In this document: positions 1 through 12,897 of the stretch, one piece after another
Layout: every line of letters begins with the position of its first letter
Numbering within the stretch: position 1 is the stretch's first letter
Source: Octopus sinensis
Lineage: Eukaryota
Assembly: GCF_006345805.1 (NCBI RefSeq)
Contig: NC_043000.1
Location: 159,774,001-159,838,000, forward strand
Length of the DNA stretch: 64,000 nt
Reading direction: 5' to 3'
Program-made: the position numbers and the translations under genes
Notes under the pieces: model-generated
The model's database searches: none
What the model saw: the letters and a program-made list of their open reading frames with translations, nothing else
Told to the model about the DNA's origin: nothing

Positions 1-440
1 CCGACACAACCCTTCTGTCTCCCGGTTTGAGCAGGATGCCCAGCTGCAGCTCCAGCTTTCGCAGTAAAGGCTCAAGAGTCAATACGTACAGAATCGAGGA
101 GAGAGGCACCCGTGACGGACTGATCGGGAGATTTGAAACGGTTCCGGGAGATGGCCATTAAGCTTGACCACCAAGCAAATGCCGCTGTGCATACGAGGTC
201 AAAGCCAGACGCTTTGAGGACGGCCTGTAAATATCGATGGATGTCCTTATCGAATGTTTTCGATCGATCTAAATTGATCAGCTCCCCACCGAAGCCAGGT
301 TTATACTCCACCCTTTCTATGATGTATCTCATAAGATGGAGGTCATCGTGTATGGACCTAGTCGGGATTGTGCAGGTTGAACCAAACAAAAACAGAGTGA
401 TTTTCCACAAACGAATATAAAAAGGGAGCAATTTAGCCAC
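1..440 (-). mobile_element. Decayed Tx1/L1-like LINE reverse transcriptase fragment
   Basis: Minus-strand translation TCTIPTRSIHDDLHLMRYIIERVEYKPGFGGELINLDRSKTFD aligns by eye with QTCAVPGRTIHDNLHLMRYIIDRVVNEPGMGGALINLDQSKAFD of the LINE at 23.5-23.7 kb. An SVRHGC/LYVLTLEPLLRKL-like block lies at 40-125. Confidence 0.85.
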
Positions 441-559
441 ACAGTTAAGAACATCACTTAACAGGTATGCTCTAAAACATAGCGACCCAAAAAATCTAGA
501 GGTGATTCTCGATCTGTCAGCCTACGATGTGATAAATATATTTAGTCAAAGAACAAGAA

Positions 560-1610
560 AGCGGTGTTAGATCAAAAAGGCAACCATGAACTAACAAACC
601 TACTTCCTATTCTCACCTTCAATGCTCTAATGACAAGTCAAAACATGCCGGATCGGTCATCGCCAATGACAAGGACCGCGTTACCCAGTGGAGATCCAGA
701 CTGGGGCCGAAAAATCTGCTGCTGGAACAAACTCTCAAAAGATGAAAAACATGAACTACCAGGTAACCAGAATTAGGATATCGCTAACCCTAGTGGCACC
801 ACCAAAACACCACCTAAAGCAAAACGCATGAAATAGACTAGAAAGGATTATAGAGATGTGTTGAAAGAGTTCTATACTGCCCAACTAAATCCAAACAATA
901 ACCTCATTGTACAAACATACACTTCATGGAGAAAGTTAGAAGGCAACGAAGTACGAAGATATATAGACGCAAATAAATTAAGTAATGTACGTAGAGGCAT
1001 CATTAAGAATAAAAGGTGAACTGACGCTGAAATTAACCATTTTAGGACACAAATATCTCTTGGTAGACCAAATAAAAGCAGTAACAATGCAGATGAAATA
1101 GGTAACAGATGCACAGACTCCAGTGTACGAGATGTACATCCCAACGCAGAGGCTGAAGAAAGAATAGCGAAGAACAAATAGGTGAAAATATATGAGAAAG
1201 TAGATTCACCTCAAGAATAGATATGACAGAAATTCAGGTGAATAATAGAAAGATCATAGAAGCAAAAGAAGATATTATGCGAGAACTCAGTAAGACTGAA
1301 TTTACTGACGTGATCAATAGAGAACCGCTACCATAGCTTTCAAATAGCATAAAAATAACAACAGATTCATGATATATATTGTTGCTCTTAGACAGGTCTT
1401 AAGAAATAAAGAAAATGACCTAACAACGTTAAATATCCTCATCTATTCCACTGCTACAGTTGTAACTGCTCAACTAGGGATCAGGATGACAGAGTAAAGG
1501 ACCGACCTTGTCAATAGACGTCCTAAGTAGAAAATAGGAATGCAATAACAGATCAAATCACTGCGGGCGGATGTATCAGTTCTCGATGAACTATGACATT
1601 ATACAACTCT
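560..1610 (+). mobile_element. Decayed 5' part of an R4/Dong-like RLE LINE ORF
   Basis: 820-1040 reads KRMK*TRKDYRDVLKEFYTAQL...YIDANKLSNVRRGIIKNKR*TDAEI, similar to KRNKWTREEYKEVIYAYY...YLDENKLANVRRDIFRNNRLTDSEI at 46464-46952 (-). Many stops. Boundaries approximate. Confidence 0.7.
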
Positions 1611-2078
1611 TGGTACAGGATTCGAACGTAAGGTTTTTATGGCATTGATGGTAACACTCTAACCATTTGGTATCATGTATCCCTATGTGCATATATGACT
1701 CTTTGATAAACGACATGAACTTTAGCTGTTAAAAGTTAGTATCATCCAAATTATTTCATCTATCCTGCAAATTATTAGGTATAGTTTACCTTCTTCTCAG
1801 CTGCCGAAGATAAAAAGAATATACCTTTTCATGAAGAATGTAAACAAATTATAACTGGCGTAGAGGTATTTTCATTATTTTGACAGCCAGTAATTCTTTA
1901 TAAACGTAACAACACTGTGCAGTTAAGAATAAAATGAGTGTACATAACGAATGTAATATGGTCATATCTACGCTCATACACACGCCCACACATACATACA
2001 TAAATCTATTCACATGCATACACAAGTATATATATGTATATATATCTGTGTGCATATATGTATATATATATATATATA

Positions 2079-2591
2079 TGGTCTGATCAATAAGTATCCG
2101 GACTGTTGCCATAGTAACGAATCTAAAACACGCAGCATGAAATCGCTCGGTACAAATTTAACATGAACTCTGCTGTGCATGAGCACTAATTTCTAACGTT
2201 CTAACTCACTTCTGCTCGAAGCAACGTGTGTAGCGTGTGATTATCTCATTGATCATGACAGAGAAAATTGAGATGAGAATCTGCATCGAATTTTGCGAAA
2301 AGCTTGGCGATACCTGCTCAGGAGCGCACGCAAAGTTTTCAAAGAGCTTTCATCGTTCTCGACACAATCAAAAAGAGCTTGCGCATCTGGAACTCGTGTC
2401 ATTTTGGTCAGGTGAAAGCAATTTTGGCACAAAATTGGCATACACGCGTTTCATAGCCAAGTCTAGACGTTAAAACTTAGTGCACATGCATAGCAGAATC
2501 CAAGGTCAAGCTGTACTAAGCGGCTTTACTCGACGTGCGCTAGCTTCGTTACTATGGCAACAGTCCGAATACTTATTGATCAGACCTCGTA
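2079..2591 (+). mobile_element. Internally deleted and rearranged mariner element with long imperfect inverted repeats
   Basis: ggtctgatcaataagtatccggactgttgccatagtaacgaa at ~2080 matches the reverse complement of 2546-2586, and similarity continues for ~125 bp. TA flank at the right end. Mariner N-terminus EMRICIEFCEKLG at 2255-2310 (+). Confidence 0.85.
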
Positions 2592-3474
2592 TATGTGTGT
2601 GCGTGTGTGTGTGTGCGTATACAAAAAGAGATAGAGGGGGAACACAAAAGAGATTGAGGGGACAATTACAATCCTGGTTCTCACCTCATTAGTACATCGT
2701 GCCCGGATCTTGGCTAGCAGAGTATTCTAAAAGCAAACGGAAATCCTTAAGACTTCCATAGCACTACACAACTCCAACGTAAGATCCTGTAGGATTAACT
2801 CAAGTCCTGCTAAATGAATGATAAAAGTAATAATTTAAATGACGAAAGGAGAAATCACATCGACAATAACATTGTTTCTGTTGATGGACAATATTTTTAT
2901 TCCATATCACATACAATTGTATGGCATTTATACAATGTTGTATAATGCATGCCACAATATATGGAAATATGTAATTATTCAATAGTCCATTCGCTTCCTT
3001 AGATGTCAAGATTTGAAGGCACCATGAATCAAATGAATATTTTAGGATTAGTCCATTTGAGCGTGTCATAATATGCAAATTGACTGTACGCTACTAACTT
3101 CCATTTGATATCTATTGTAGGTTTTAAGATAATGAATTTTAATAAATCTTAATAAAAACATTTAGAAGCAAGTAAAAATGAAGTTAAAATAAAGCCAATT
3201 GGAATTTCTCTAATTGATCAAGGCATTACGTTGCGCGTTGAATGACCATCAGCCTATTAATGGCATTTGTAGTGACAATAGCAATAAAATAGGATTCGCA
3301 AAGAACGTGTACGTTTTTAATTCACCCATCCCTCACTTTTACAACCCCGTCGAGACCACGCACACATCGACATGCACAAATGCACACACCATGAGTACAC
3401 TTACATACTCACGTACTCACCCAATCAGATTAAAATGGCACTTCCAAGATGGAGGCACACAAAACATATATATA

Positions 3475-3521
<47 letters not shown>

Positions 3522-5509
3522 CATACATACATATAAGCAACGACAAGCAAACTAGGTACGTCTATTTACATTTGAAATGTTGGCCAACATTTCAAATACA
3601 AATTTTTCCCCTGAAGAAGGAGACGAGGTTATCCAGTAACGGACCCTAATATCTGTCATATATCAGGACCACCAAACCCACGAAAAGGCAGTAAGACTTT
3701 TAATACTTTACCTGTCTTATTTGTGATATAATTTATTCTGTAAGTTGAACTATATATTCTTAATCATTCTTCCCGTTTAAATGTATCTTTATATATAAAT
3801 AGACGTTCCCATTTTGCTTATCGCTGCTTTATATATCTAACGGCTCAAGTTCTAATCTCTTGAGCACTTCGAAGTGTTTCTATATATAGAGAATATCTGT
3901 GTCTAAAATATAAACTACACATATATATATATACATACAAATACATACATACATATACATATATATAAATGTGTGTGTGTGTGTGTGTGTGTGTAAAATG
4001 AAATGTAACAACAAAAGAATGAGACCTCGATATTAGAGACATTGAGGATTATTTTATTTATGTTATAATTTAGAGCTAACAGTAAAAGGTTGCCATTATA
4101 ATACTCGGAGTTTCGAATGTCGGAGCGAAGAGGTACTATACATTCTCGTCGGCTATTAATGGCAACAGATGCTATAAGAAACCTTAAATGAAAGGGAAGT
4201 AGCTTTTATAGGAGGCGAAAGAAAAAAGATAAAAAATATACGTGACCATATTTTCACAATACATAGATTTAAACCTGCGTTCACAACGTCTACACACGTA
4301 CACTCATGCAAACGTGTATATATATATACACTCACAGGTGTAAGTTTGAAATTGGACAGTAAATTAGTTTTCCAATTACAAATAATAAAACAGATTTACA
4401 TAAATACATCTGAAAAATCGATTTAATAATTCGTCTGTTGTAGAAAACGTACTATAAATAGTGTTTGTGTATTAATGTTCTTTACTCAGGTTAGAATCAC
4501 TGGATGATGTCACTGTGGAGAAAAAAGAAAAGAGAAGAAAATAAACACAATGTTTCTACGAAAAACTAGCTCAAAATGAGATATTAGGGAAACTAGTTGA
4601 TACGAATTCCGTAGTGAAAGGACATTTTGTTTGCTTCCATGATACAGTTAAGCTGTCTGAAATTGTGTAACGTGTGAGACACTCTAACTGCAAGGGTTTT
4701 AGCATGTTGTACATGATTGAAGTGATGTGGATGGTGATATATCAATGGACATGTAGCATAAAATTTGCTGCTACTGAAGTTGCAATGGCTTCTGTCCCCA
4801 TAAGCTGTTATATTCCACAAAAGTTACTATTGGATAAACACTGTGCGACTCACACTATTACGATTTGAATAGTTGCTAAAGTTAGTCAATAGAGAAGCTT
4901 TGTCAGCATAATTATCTGTGTAATTGATGTGTTGCTTGGAAAAAGACGCTGAAATTGCAATTGCTAGTCCTTGTAACGTCGTTACAGCCGAAGAAAAAGA
5001 AATGGTTTATAGATTTGAAAATAGACATTAATGTGAGTATTGAAAGATGACAGGGTTCAAATTACAGTGTTAATAGAAAAAAAGCTTTCATAAATGTGTT
5101 TGGAAAGTTAGCCAAGTACTTTATGCGTTGTATGATACACGGTAATCGGGAATTAAAATTCTTCCTTGAATGAATATTACACTGGTTTGAATGGATAATG
5201 ACGCTGCTGTGAGAAAGAAGTGGAAGTAAGTTAACTTGTTATAGGAACCTGGAAAACCATGAGATACTGTAAATGAGTTTTACATGTAGCTAAAACGCAT
5301 CAAATATTTTACAGTTTCCAGTTGAAGAAGAGAATCTGTTGATTCTTGAGCTAATGATAATCATCTACATGTGCATGGATTGCAAAAGACACTAATGTTG
5401 CAGTGGTTTATTCATATAAATCTGTTGGATCAGACCAAATTGTTTAAGTCATTTTAGTGTTGTTTTTCACTATATTCTGTAAGAGAAAGTTAAAGGGGAA
5501 ATTCTGTCA

Positions 5510-5660
5510 ATGCGTACGCTGCTGCTCATCAGACGAGGCAACTATCATTGCTGGTTTGCCGAATTATATGCCAAATCCGTTCTGTTCGAGGACCAGTACA
5601 GCTGTTATTAAATGGAGGAGTGCTACTGCGGTTATGGTGTGGTAAGCTCTGCTAGCGATA
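5510..5660 (+). mobile_element. Possible decayed Tc1/DD37D-type transposase fragment
   Basis: SSDEATI...AVMVW* resembles the FSDE and VMVW motifs of Tc1-like transposases. Short and degenerate. Confidence 0.3.
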
Positions 5661-5940
5661 TGTCGAAGCGTGAGTAGACAGGCTAAGAGTTTCTCCCTTT
5701 AGCCCTTTCTTTATGTCACTCACTCCGTTTCCCTACTCTCTCTCTAGACTTCAGCATCACCGAGGACTACTTCCTTGTTTGTATAACATATTTAGCATAT
5801 TAAATAAACACCGAAAGTTCACAAATAAATCTGCGAGTTTTGCAGACAAGCCGTGAGTCTGAAATTTCCTGATTTCTGATCAATAAACAACACCGGTGAC
5901 ACCGTCCGTCTTGTGTTGTAAAACTGCTATTGGAATAACA
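5661..5940. mobile_element. Possible solo LTR
   Basis: 280 bp bounded by TGT...AACA with several AATAAA signals. No TSD, PBS or PPT found. Confidence 0.3.
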
Positions 5941-6159
5941 TAGATGTTTGCAGATCAGCAACCGAAGAAATACATACTCGCAGCTTGCCAAAAATTTGAA
6001 ATTCAGTATGAGAACCTAAAAAGTTTCTGCGTAATATATATATATGTGTGTATGTGTGTGTGTGTGTGTGTATGTGTGTGTATGTGTGTGTATGTGTATG
6101 TGTGTGTGCGTGAATGTGTGTGTGTGCGTGCATGTGTGCGTGTGTGTGTGTATGTATAT

Positions 6160-6195
6160 ACTAGCAGATAGTCCGCCCTTCGGGGGTGGGGTCAG
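6160..6195 (-). mobile_element. Helitron-type 3' terminus
   Basis: 6-bp GC hairpin (ccgccc 6173-6178 / gggtgg 6184-6189). On the minus strand it lies 8 nt before CTAG, which is followed by T. The 5' end was not located. Confidence 0.5.
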
Positions 6196-6473
6196 GTTTC
6201 TGTTAACCCCTTGATAACATTTTCACATTTGATTCTCATTTCTAATAATTTTTATATTTTACGTCTAATTATTTCTTTATATAATAGTGCTCACCTGCTT
6301 AGTAAATATCGCTTTCATTATTTTATCACAGTCATAATCTCTCTCTTTTAAACAAATATCACTGTAGTCCAACAACAGAGGGAGAAGTAGTTTGTCAAGT
6401 TTTAACCTTCACTTCAAAGCAACATAGTTGTTGCAGCTTTGCAGCCCATCTGTAAGCTTCGCTATGTGTGTAT

Positions 6474-6528
<55 letters not shown>

Positions 6529-7514
6529 GAGAGAGAGAAGATTGCAAACAATGCATGAAATAAACATGAAAGGAAAAAATCGTATGAATAAAATAACATT
6601 GCTACAGATGTATACGCACCCGATTTTGTTACCTCATAACACCCTAAGAAATGGATACTTTTTTAACAAAATTTTCTACAAATACCGCTTAGATGTTGTG
6701 GCTTCAGAGTATAAAGGGATTTATGGGAAAGGATTTTTGCAAGGCAGTGGAGAGAGGATTTTCAGAAATTTCACATGATCTGACTATTTTCCCTCATAAC
6801 TTTCAGGAAGTTGGGTACCTTTTAATGACAATATATACAAATCCCTTTCATACGGCATAGATTACGATTATAAAGAAATTTGTGGGGACAATTTTTTCAG
6901 GGATTTTTCACCATATTTTTAAACCAAAGCCTTCGAAATGATGGGGTTGGTGGGGCATCTTTGTATGAAAAAGTTTTGAAATTTTTCGGTGAAAAGAAAA
7001 GAATTGTTAATATTTTCAGAGGGAAAAGGGATTTAAGGGCGATATGGTTGTTGCTTCTAGCACATCTGAAGACAAGCCTCCTCGTTTCTTTATTACTCAC
7101 GCATGTATTGATGTTTTACAATATTTTCGCCATAAATACATTTATATGTTATAAAAAAGAAAAAATTAAAAATTATGAATTGTTTGCAAACCTACTGCCT
7201 GGGCCCGATTGTTTCTGTTTAGAAGTTAAAATATTGGTGAGTCTGTGAAGGTCATTGCTGGCATTTATCCACAATGATTAAAACAAGTGATGGAGATGCA
7301 CTTGCAGAGAGAGTGCCTTGATCTGCGATTGTGAGCTGCAACTGAAACAATTGCAGCGTGGAAGATATTTGTAAACCATTCAAGGATATACAAATACCGA
7401 TAGTTTCACTTCAACGTTAAAAGTTAATTTGTGTCAAAATATTTTCGTCGTCATCTGTTCACTGCCAAAACTTCACGAAAGTGATGCAGCACGAAGTGTT
7501 GTCAGTGATCAGCA

Positions 7515-7810
7515 ACACACCACACACACCACACACACCACACACACACAACAACACACACAACACCACACACCACACCACACTTACACACACACACACA
7601 CAACATACCACCACACACACACACGCACGCACACACACACACGCACGCACACACGCACGCACACACACACACACACACCACAAACACACACACACGCACA
7701 AACACACACCCACACACACACAAACACACACACAAACACACACACATTCACACACACAAACACACACATACAAACACACACACACATACACAAACACACA
7801 CACACACACT

Positions 7811-7842
<32 letters not shown>

Positions 7843-7915
7843 AACACGCACACACACACACACACACACAAACACGCACGCACGCACACAAACACACGCA
7901 CGCTCACATGCACAC
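7515..7915. repeat. Long interrupted (CA)n microsatellite
   Basis: Directly visible. Confidence 0.95.
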
Positions 7916-8129
7916 ATTTATTGCCTTTCACTTGTGTGTATGTGTATCTATATGTGTGCACGATTTTGCATTGGTGTGTAAGTATGTGTGTGTGTGTGTG
8001 TGTGTGCGCATGTCACTGTTGAAGTTGTGTTTAGAAACTGTGAATAAGGGGCCAGTTTCGAGTACTTTTCGGTAACTTTTCGTTTTCTTTATCCTCATCT
8101 TCTAATAGTAATTACCCGAATTTCTAGGC

Positions 8130-8300
8130 TCGGTGAAAATAAAGAATACGTACGCCAAGTGTTCAGGGTTAGGTTTAGTGTTAGGTTTAGGGTTAGGTTT
8201 AGGGTTTAGGGTTAGGATTAGGGTTTAGGGTTAGGGTTAAAGCTTAGGGTTGGATTTTTTGTTACAACGAAAACGGGTGGTGTATGTATTCTTTACCGCC
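8130..8300. mobile_element. Short non-autonomous element with subterminal inverted repeats enclosing telomere-like (TTAGGG/TTTAGG)n
   Basis: aaagaatacgtacgcc (8141-8156) versus ggtgtatgtattcttt (8279-8294) is a 14/16 inverted match. Degenerate TTAGGG array at 8165-8250. Confidence 0.65.
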
Positions 8301-8659
8301 GCCCTATACTCTTCTCACAGCTAATCCGCATTTAAAAATTATTACGGTTATTAAAACAAAATTTTAATTCAATAATGTTTTTACATTAGAATACATTAAT
8401 AACGAATCAAAACTTAAAAGAGAAAGTGAGAGACTTTGCAAATGAAACTGAAATACTCCGCAGTGAATGCAATGAATATTTAACATTGTGATGAATTGGA
8501 CGTTGTGAATATTTAAATTTGCGAGAAATTAGAATTTAAAAAATGTCAATAAACTTGAGAAATCGGAATTATAGGAAATTTCTTAGAACATGAATTTATA
8601 GAAATATTTCCAGACGGTCAACCCTTTAATAAATGTTTTCTTTTAGTACTTTTAGTAAT

Positions 8660-8847
8660 TGTTATATACCTACGTTAGCCACTACACACATTTTTTTTCT
8701 CTCCTTGTTTTTTCTGTATCCCATTCTGTAGAAGAGCGTAGACTCGAAACGTAAAAGACGTTTTCTATTCCTGAGCGTTATACTAATACATCTGTTTGTT
8801 TTGTACACCATCTGTCTTCGTCTTTTGTTTTTTTCGTAAACTGTCCC

Positions 8848-8850
<3 letters not shown>
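8660..8850 (+). mobile_element. Short Penelope-like non-autonomous unit with hammerhead-like motif (family 1)
   Basis: CTGTAGA-A-GAGC-GTAG-ACTC-GAA-ACGT-A at 8726-8753. Homologous to 13460-13650 (-). Ends at (TA)n. Confidence 0.6.
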
Positions 8851-8881
<31 letters not shown>

Positions 8882-9076
8882 GTACGTATAACTATAAGCT
8901 AAGCATATTTTCAAAAAATGATTATATCAGTGGCCTAGCGCATAAAAGTGACCGTATAGATAAAATTAAAATATAATTAAAACAAATTTTAGCTTGAATT
9001 GTAGGTATTTGACATCTACTTCTAGTGCAGGTGCTGGTTATATCTTGTAGCCCTTAATTATAATAATATTTTATAA

Positions 9077-9720
9077 CACTGGTCAACAAAATTAAATGTA
9101 TTATACTCAATATGAATGCAAACCAAATTTTTTAGATTAATTTTTCATGCTGATTTCAAGACTTCACTCCATTTGTATGCAGTACGTACAGTGTTTCAGT
9201 AGATATATCCAAATATTTACATATTTTCATATATCAAATCATTAACGTAATAAATAAGGAATATTATTTTTAGAAAGTAAATGAGTTTATCATTACTATT
9301 ATTCCACAAAGAGTGAATACACTCCAAAAAAATGGGTCAGACAAAACAAAGTTAGAAACATCGTGACTTGGATTTCCTGCGATGTTCCTGATCTGATTGA
9401 TCACGGTAAAGTGTCCAGCAGTAGTCAGCCAGCATACTGCCATTCCAGACATGGTCATTCAGTTCAGCTTAGGAAAGTTTCTGAGGTTCAAAACTATCGT
9501 CATCAGCCACGTAATCTTCCTCAGCAGCACTATCATGACAGTCAGCATCATCATCTAATGTTTGAATACCATCAACTGGTGGAACTGGACTGGCAGACTT
9601 CCATTGTGAGGCACAGTTCTCATTGCGGAATCCAAATTGGGATACACAATTTTGTGTTTATGCTTCATAGAAAATTTTGTGACATTTATTTTGCAAAAAT
9701 AACAGTTATTAAAATGGTGT
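9077..9720 (-). mobile_element. Internally deleted Chapaev3-like (CMC superfamily) DNA transposon remnant
   Basis: Minus translation HHFNNCYFCK...KIVYPNLDSAMRTVPH..LP(V)PP, an acidic tract, ELNDHV, then directly WNGSMLADYCWTLYRD..EHRRKS..F*. Terminus CACTGGTCAACAAA at 9077. Family name is from recalled motifs. Confidence 0.7.
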
Positions 9721-9724
9721 TTAC

Positions 9725-9960
9725 ATACATACTACATACATACATACATACATACATACATACATACATGAATGCATACATACATACATACATATATACA
9801 TATATACATACATGCATATACACATACATACATACATACATACATACGTACATACATGAATGCATACATACATCCATCCATACATACATACATACATACA
9901 TGCATGCATGCATGCATACATACATACATACATGCATACATACATACATACATACATACA

Positions 9961-9992
<32 letters not shown>

Positions 9993-9999
9993 CATATCC

Positions 10000-10037
<38 letters not shown>
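9725..10037. repeat. (TACA)n followed by (TATC)n microsatellite
   Basis: Directly visible. Confidence 0.95.
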
Positions 10038-10235
10038 TTACAAATCACACCAACGATCATAACCTAACTGAAAAGAAAAGTTACATCTTGAATGCATGAA
10101 ACTATTAGTTGTTCAGATGTATGTTTTTGGGAAGTAAACGCATATGTGTATGTATATGTGTATACACCACAGAAACCAGGAAACCTGGCTAGGCTTGAAA
10201 AGGGCGCATAAATAAAAAATAAAATATATTACATA

Positions 10236-10650
10236 GGCGCAGGAGTGGCTGTGTGGTAAGTAGCTTGCTAACCAACCACATGGTTCCAGGTTCAGTCCCA
10301 CTGCATGACATCTTGGGCAAGTGTCTTCTGCTATAAGCCCCGGGCCGACCAATGCCTTGTGAGTGGATTTGGTAGACGGAAACTGAAAGAAGCCCGTCGT
10401 ATATATGTATATATATGTGTATGTGTGTGTTTGTGTGTGTGCTTGTCCCCCTAGCATTGCTTGACAACCGATGCTGGTGTGTTTATGTCTCCATAACTTA
10501 GTGGTTTGGCAAAAGAGACCGATAGAATAAGTACTGGGCTTACAAAGAATAAGTCCCGGGGTCGAGTTGCTCGACTAAAGGCGGTGCTCCAGCATGGCCA
10601 CAGTCAAATGACTGAAATAAGTAAAAAGTAAAAGAGAAAGAGTAAGAGTA
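10236..10650 (+). mobile_element. tRNA-derived SINE, family A, full length
   Basis: Head ggcgcaggagtggctgtgtggtaag, B-box-like ggttcagtccc, cttgggcaag core, TA/TG linker, tail actgaaataagtaaaaag. Multiple copies in the window. Confidence 0.9.
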
Positions 10651-11959
10651 CGTAGATATATTCCTGAATCTTATAACAAGTGAAGTTGTACACCTTAAGT
10701 TTATAGATATGTATACATCATTAAGGAAAGACAGATCTGTCTCGGTCTATTAATGTCTTCACACTAAAACGTCTTAAGGTGGGAAATATATATATAAAAA
10801 TAACAAAGACAAAAGCAAGAAGATAATTTGTCAAGTACATCTTAATAATAAAAGTGTGTAAAAGTCATTAGTACAAATATAAATCAAAAACAGATTTAAA
10901 ACCACCAAAATTTATTTAAACGTATCAATGTTGGGACAAGCATCGCTGTAAATAGAGGTAAATTTCAGTAGCCAACATATGACAGACATTTTAGTACAAA
11001 ATTTACCCCACTGAATGCTTGAAATTTATCGAATTTTAATGCCTGCACATTAAATGTAATGTTTAGTGACATACTGGATTGACGATAGGAAGTTTCTTAG
11101 ACGCCTATACCCAAATAGTATGTTAGTATATCGGGTCATTTGTCCGCTAGGAGACCAATATCTCTCCAATGTGGTATACAGAGTAACGCATATTGTAACA
11201 AATAATACCAGAACACTCTGCGGTTGACTTTAAAGGACTTCAATAGACACGGTGGAGATGTACTTTTTTGAAAATCTAGGGATAAGGAGACTGTCTACTT
11301 ACCTAATACATTTCATTTAGAATTTCAGAGATCAGATACAAAGTTTCCTTGGTGTGACCTGGAGAATTATCCATTCACAAGAGGAGTACAGCAGTCACTG
11401 TACTCCTCAACAAGAAGTCAGAATTGATTTCCTTTGGCTGTCAGGATCGAAATTTTTCCTGCTCCACTTCCAATCATACATTCTGTGGAGAATTAAAGAG
11501 TGAGCTCTTTTACAAATGGAAAATTTGAAAGGGAGTGAAAATTCATAAAAATATATGGCATATCCCCACCACCCCGACAAAAAAACCCAAAAAACAGCAA
11601 GCAAGACTGAACTAACTTTAAAGTCAAACGTGGAAAACACTTGAATGTCAGCAGACTGATGAATTGGGATTCATCTTAAATGTAACCAAACCCAAAGTAA
11701 AAGTAAAGAGAGTAGAATTATTAATTGGTAACCAACAGATAGTCACACGCTCACATAAACATATATGTACACAAACACACACACACGCGCGCGAACATAT
11801 ATGAGCAAGCACGCATGCACATACAAACGTACAAATATAATTATTTACACATCCGCGCACAAGCACACACATACACATGTAATAAATAGAAATTTAAAAG
11901 GTTTTTTCGCTGCTCTTCTGGAACATCTTTTTCGTCTGGAACGCATTTTCCTTGTATGT

Positions 11960-11990
<31 letters not shown>

Positions 11991-12342
11991 GTTTGCGTGT
12001 GCGTGCGCGTGCGTACTTTTGTGTGTGCGTTTGTAAGTGATTCCTAGAAATACACCAACATCTCTTAAATTTTCTAAGTTCCTGTTGCTACATGAACAGT
12101 CCCGTTACGTTTCACATTCTTTCAGGTATGAAGGGAAACTCATGGTTAGCGTCTGTGTGAAGAGATGGTGTCCATATGTTTTAGAATCTCACATATGTCT
12201 TATTTTAGCCAGAACTCACTCATCATTCATCTAAGTCAACATTTCCCTCACAAAGATCTCATCATAAAATTTACGCAAGTGTCGGATATAGTAAAAAACA
12301 ATGGCATATATATATACATACATACATACATACATACATATA

Positions 12343-12374
<32 letters not shown>

Positions 12375-12408
12375 ATATATGTATGTATATATATATGTCA
12401 TTAGAATA

Positions 12409-12448
<40 letters not shown>

Positions 12449-12513
12449 GCATATGTATATATATATGCATATATATATATGTATATATGTATATATATGT
12501 ATATATAATATAT

Positions 12514-12544
<31 letters not shown>

Positions 12545-12858
12545 AATATATATACAAAATATATGTATAATAATATATATATATAATATATATTATATAT
12601 ATAATATATATATATATATGGATATATAAATGTATGTATGTATTTATATGTTTGCGTAAGTGTATATGTAATTGTACGTAGCATGTGATAAGAAATTTGC
12701 CTCTCAACAACACAGTTCCACTTTAAGTCTCATAACGTGGCAGCTTGAACATGTGTTTTTGCTATAGCCCTAGGCCAACTAAAGGCTTATGAGTTGATTT
12801 GGGAGACGTGAATTGAAAAGAAGGCTATCATATATATGATATATGATACTTATGTATG

Positions 12859-12897
<39 letters not shown>

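Noticed and set aside
3611-3650. CTGAAGA followed by a weak stem as a hammerhead
   Set aside because: No GAAA after the stem (AGTAAC). At best a decayed motif.
7429-8022. Long His/Thr-rich and Val/Cys-rich ORFs, and many similar YI/MYV/LSIY ORFs across the track
   Set aside because: They are translations of (CA)n, (TA)n, (TACA)n and (TATC)n microsatellites, not genes.
9363-10067. 234-aa plus-strand ORF
   Set aside because: Antisense to the Chapaev-like remnant and extended by microsatellite.
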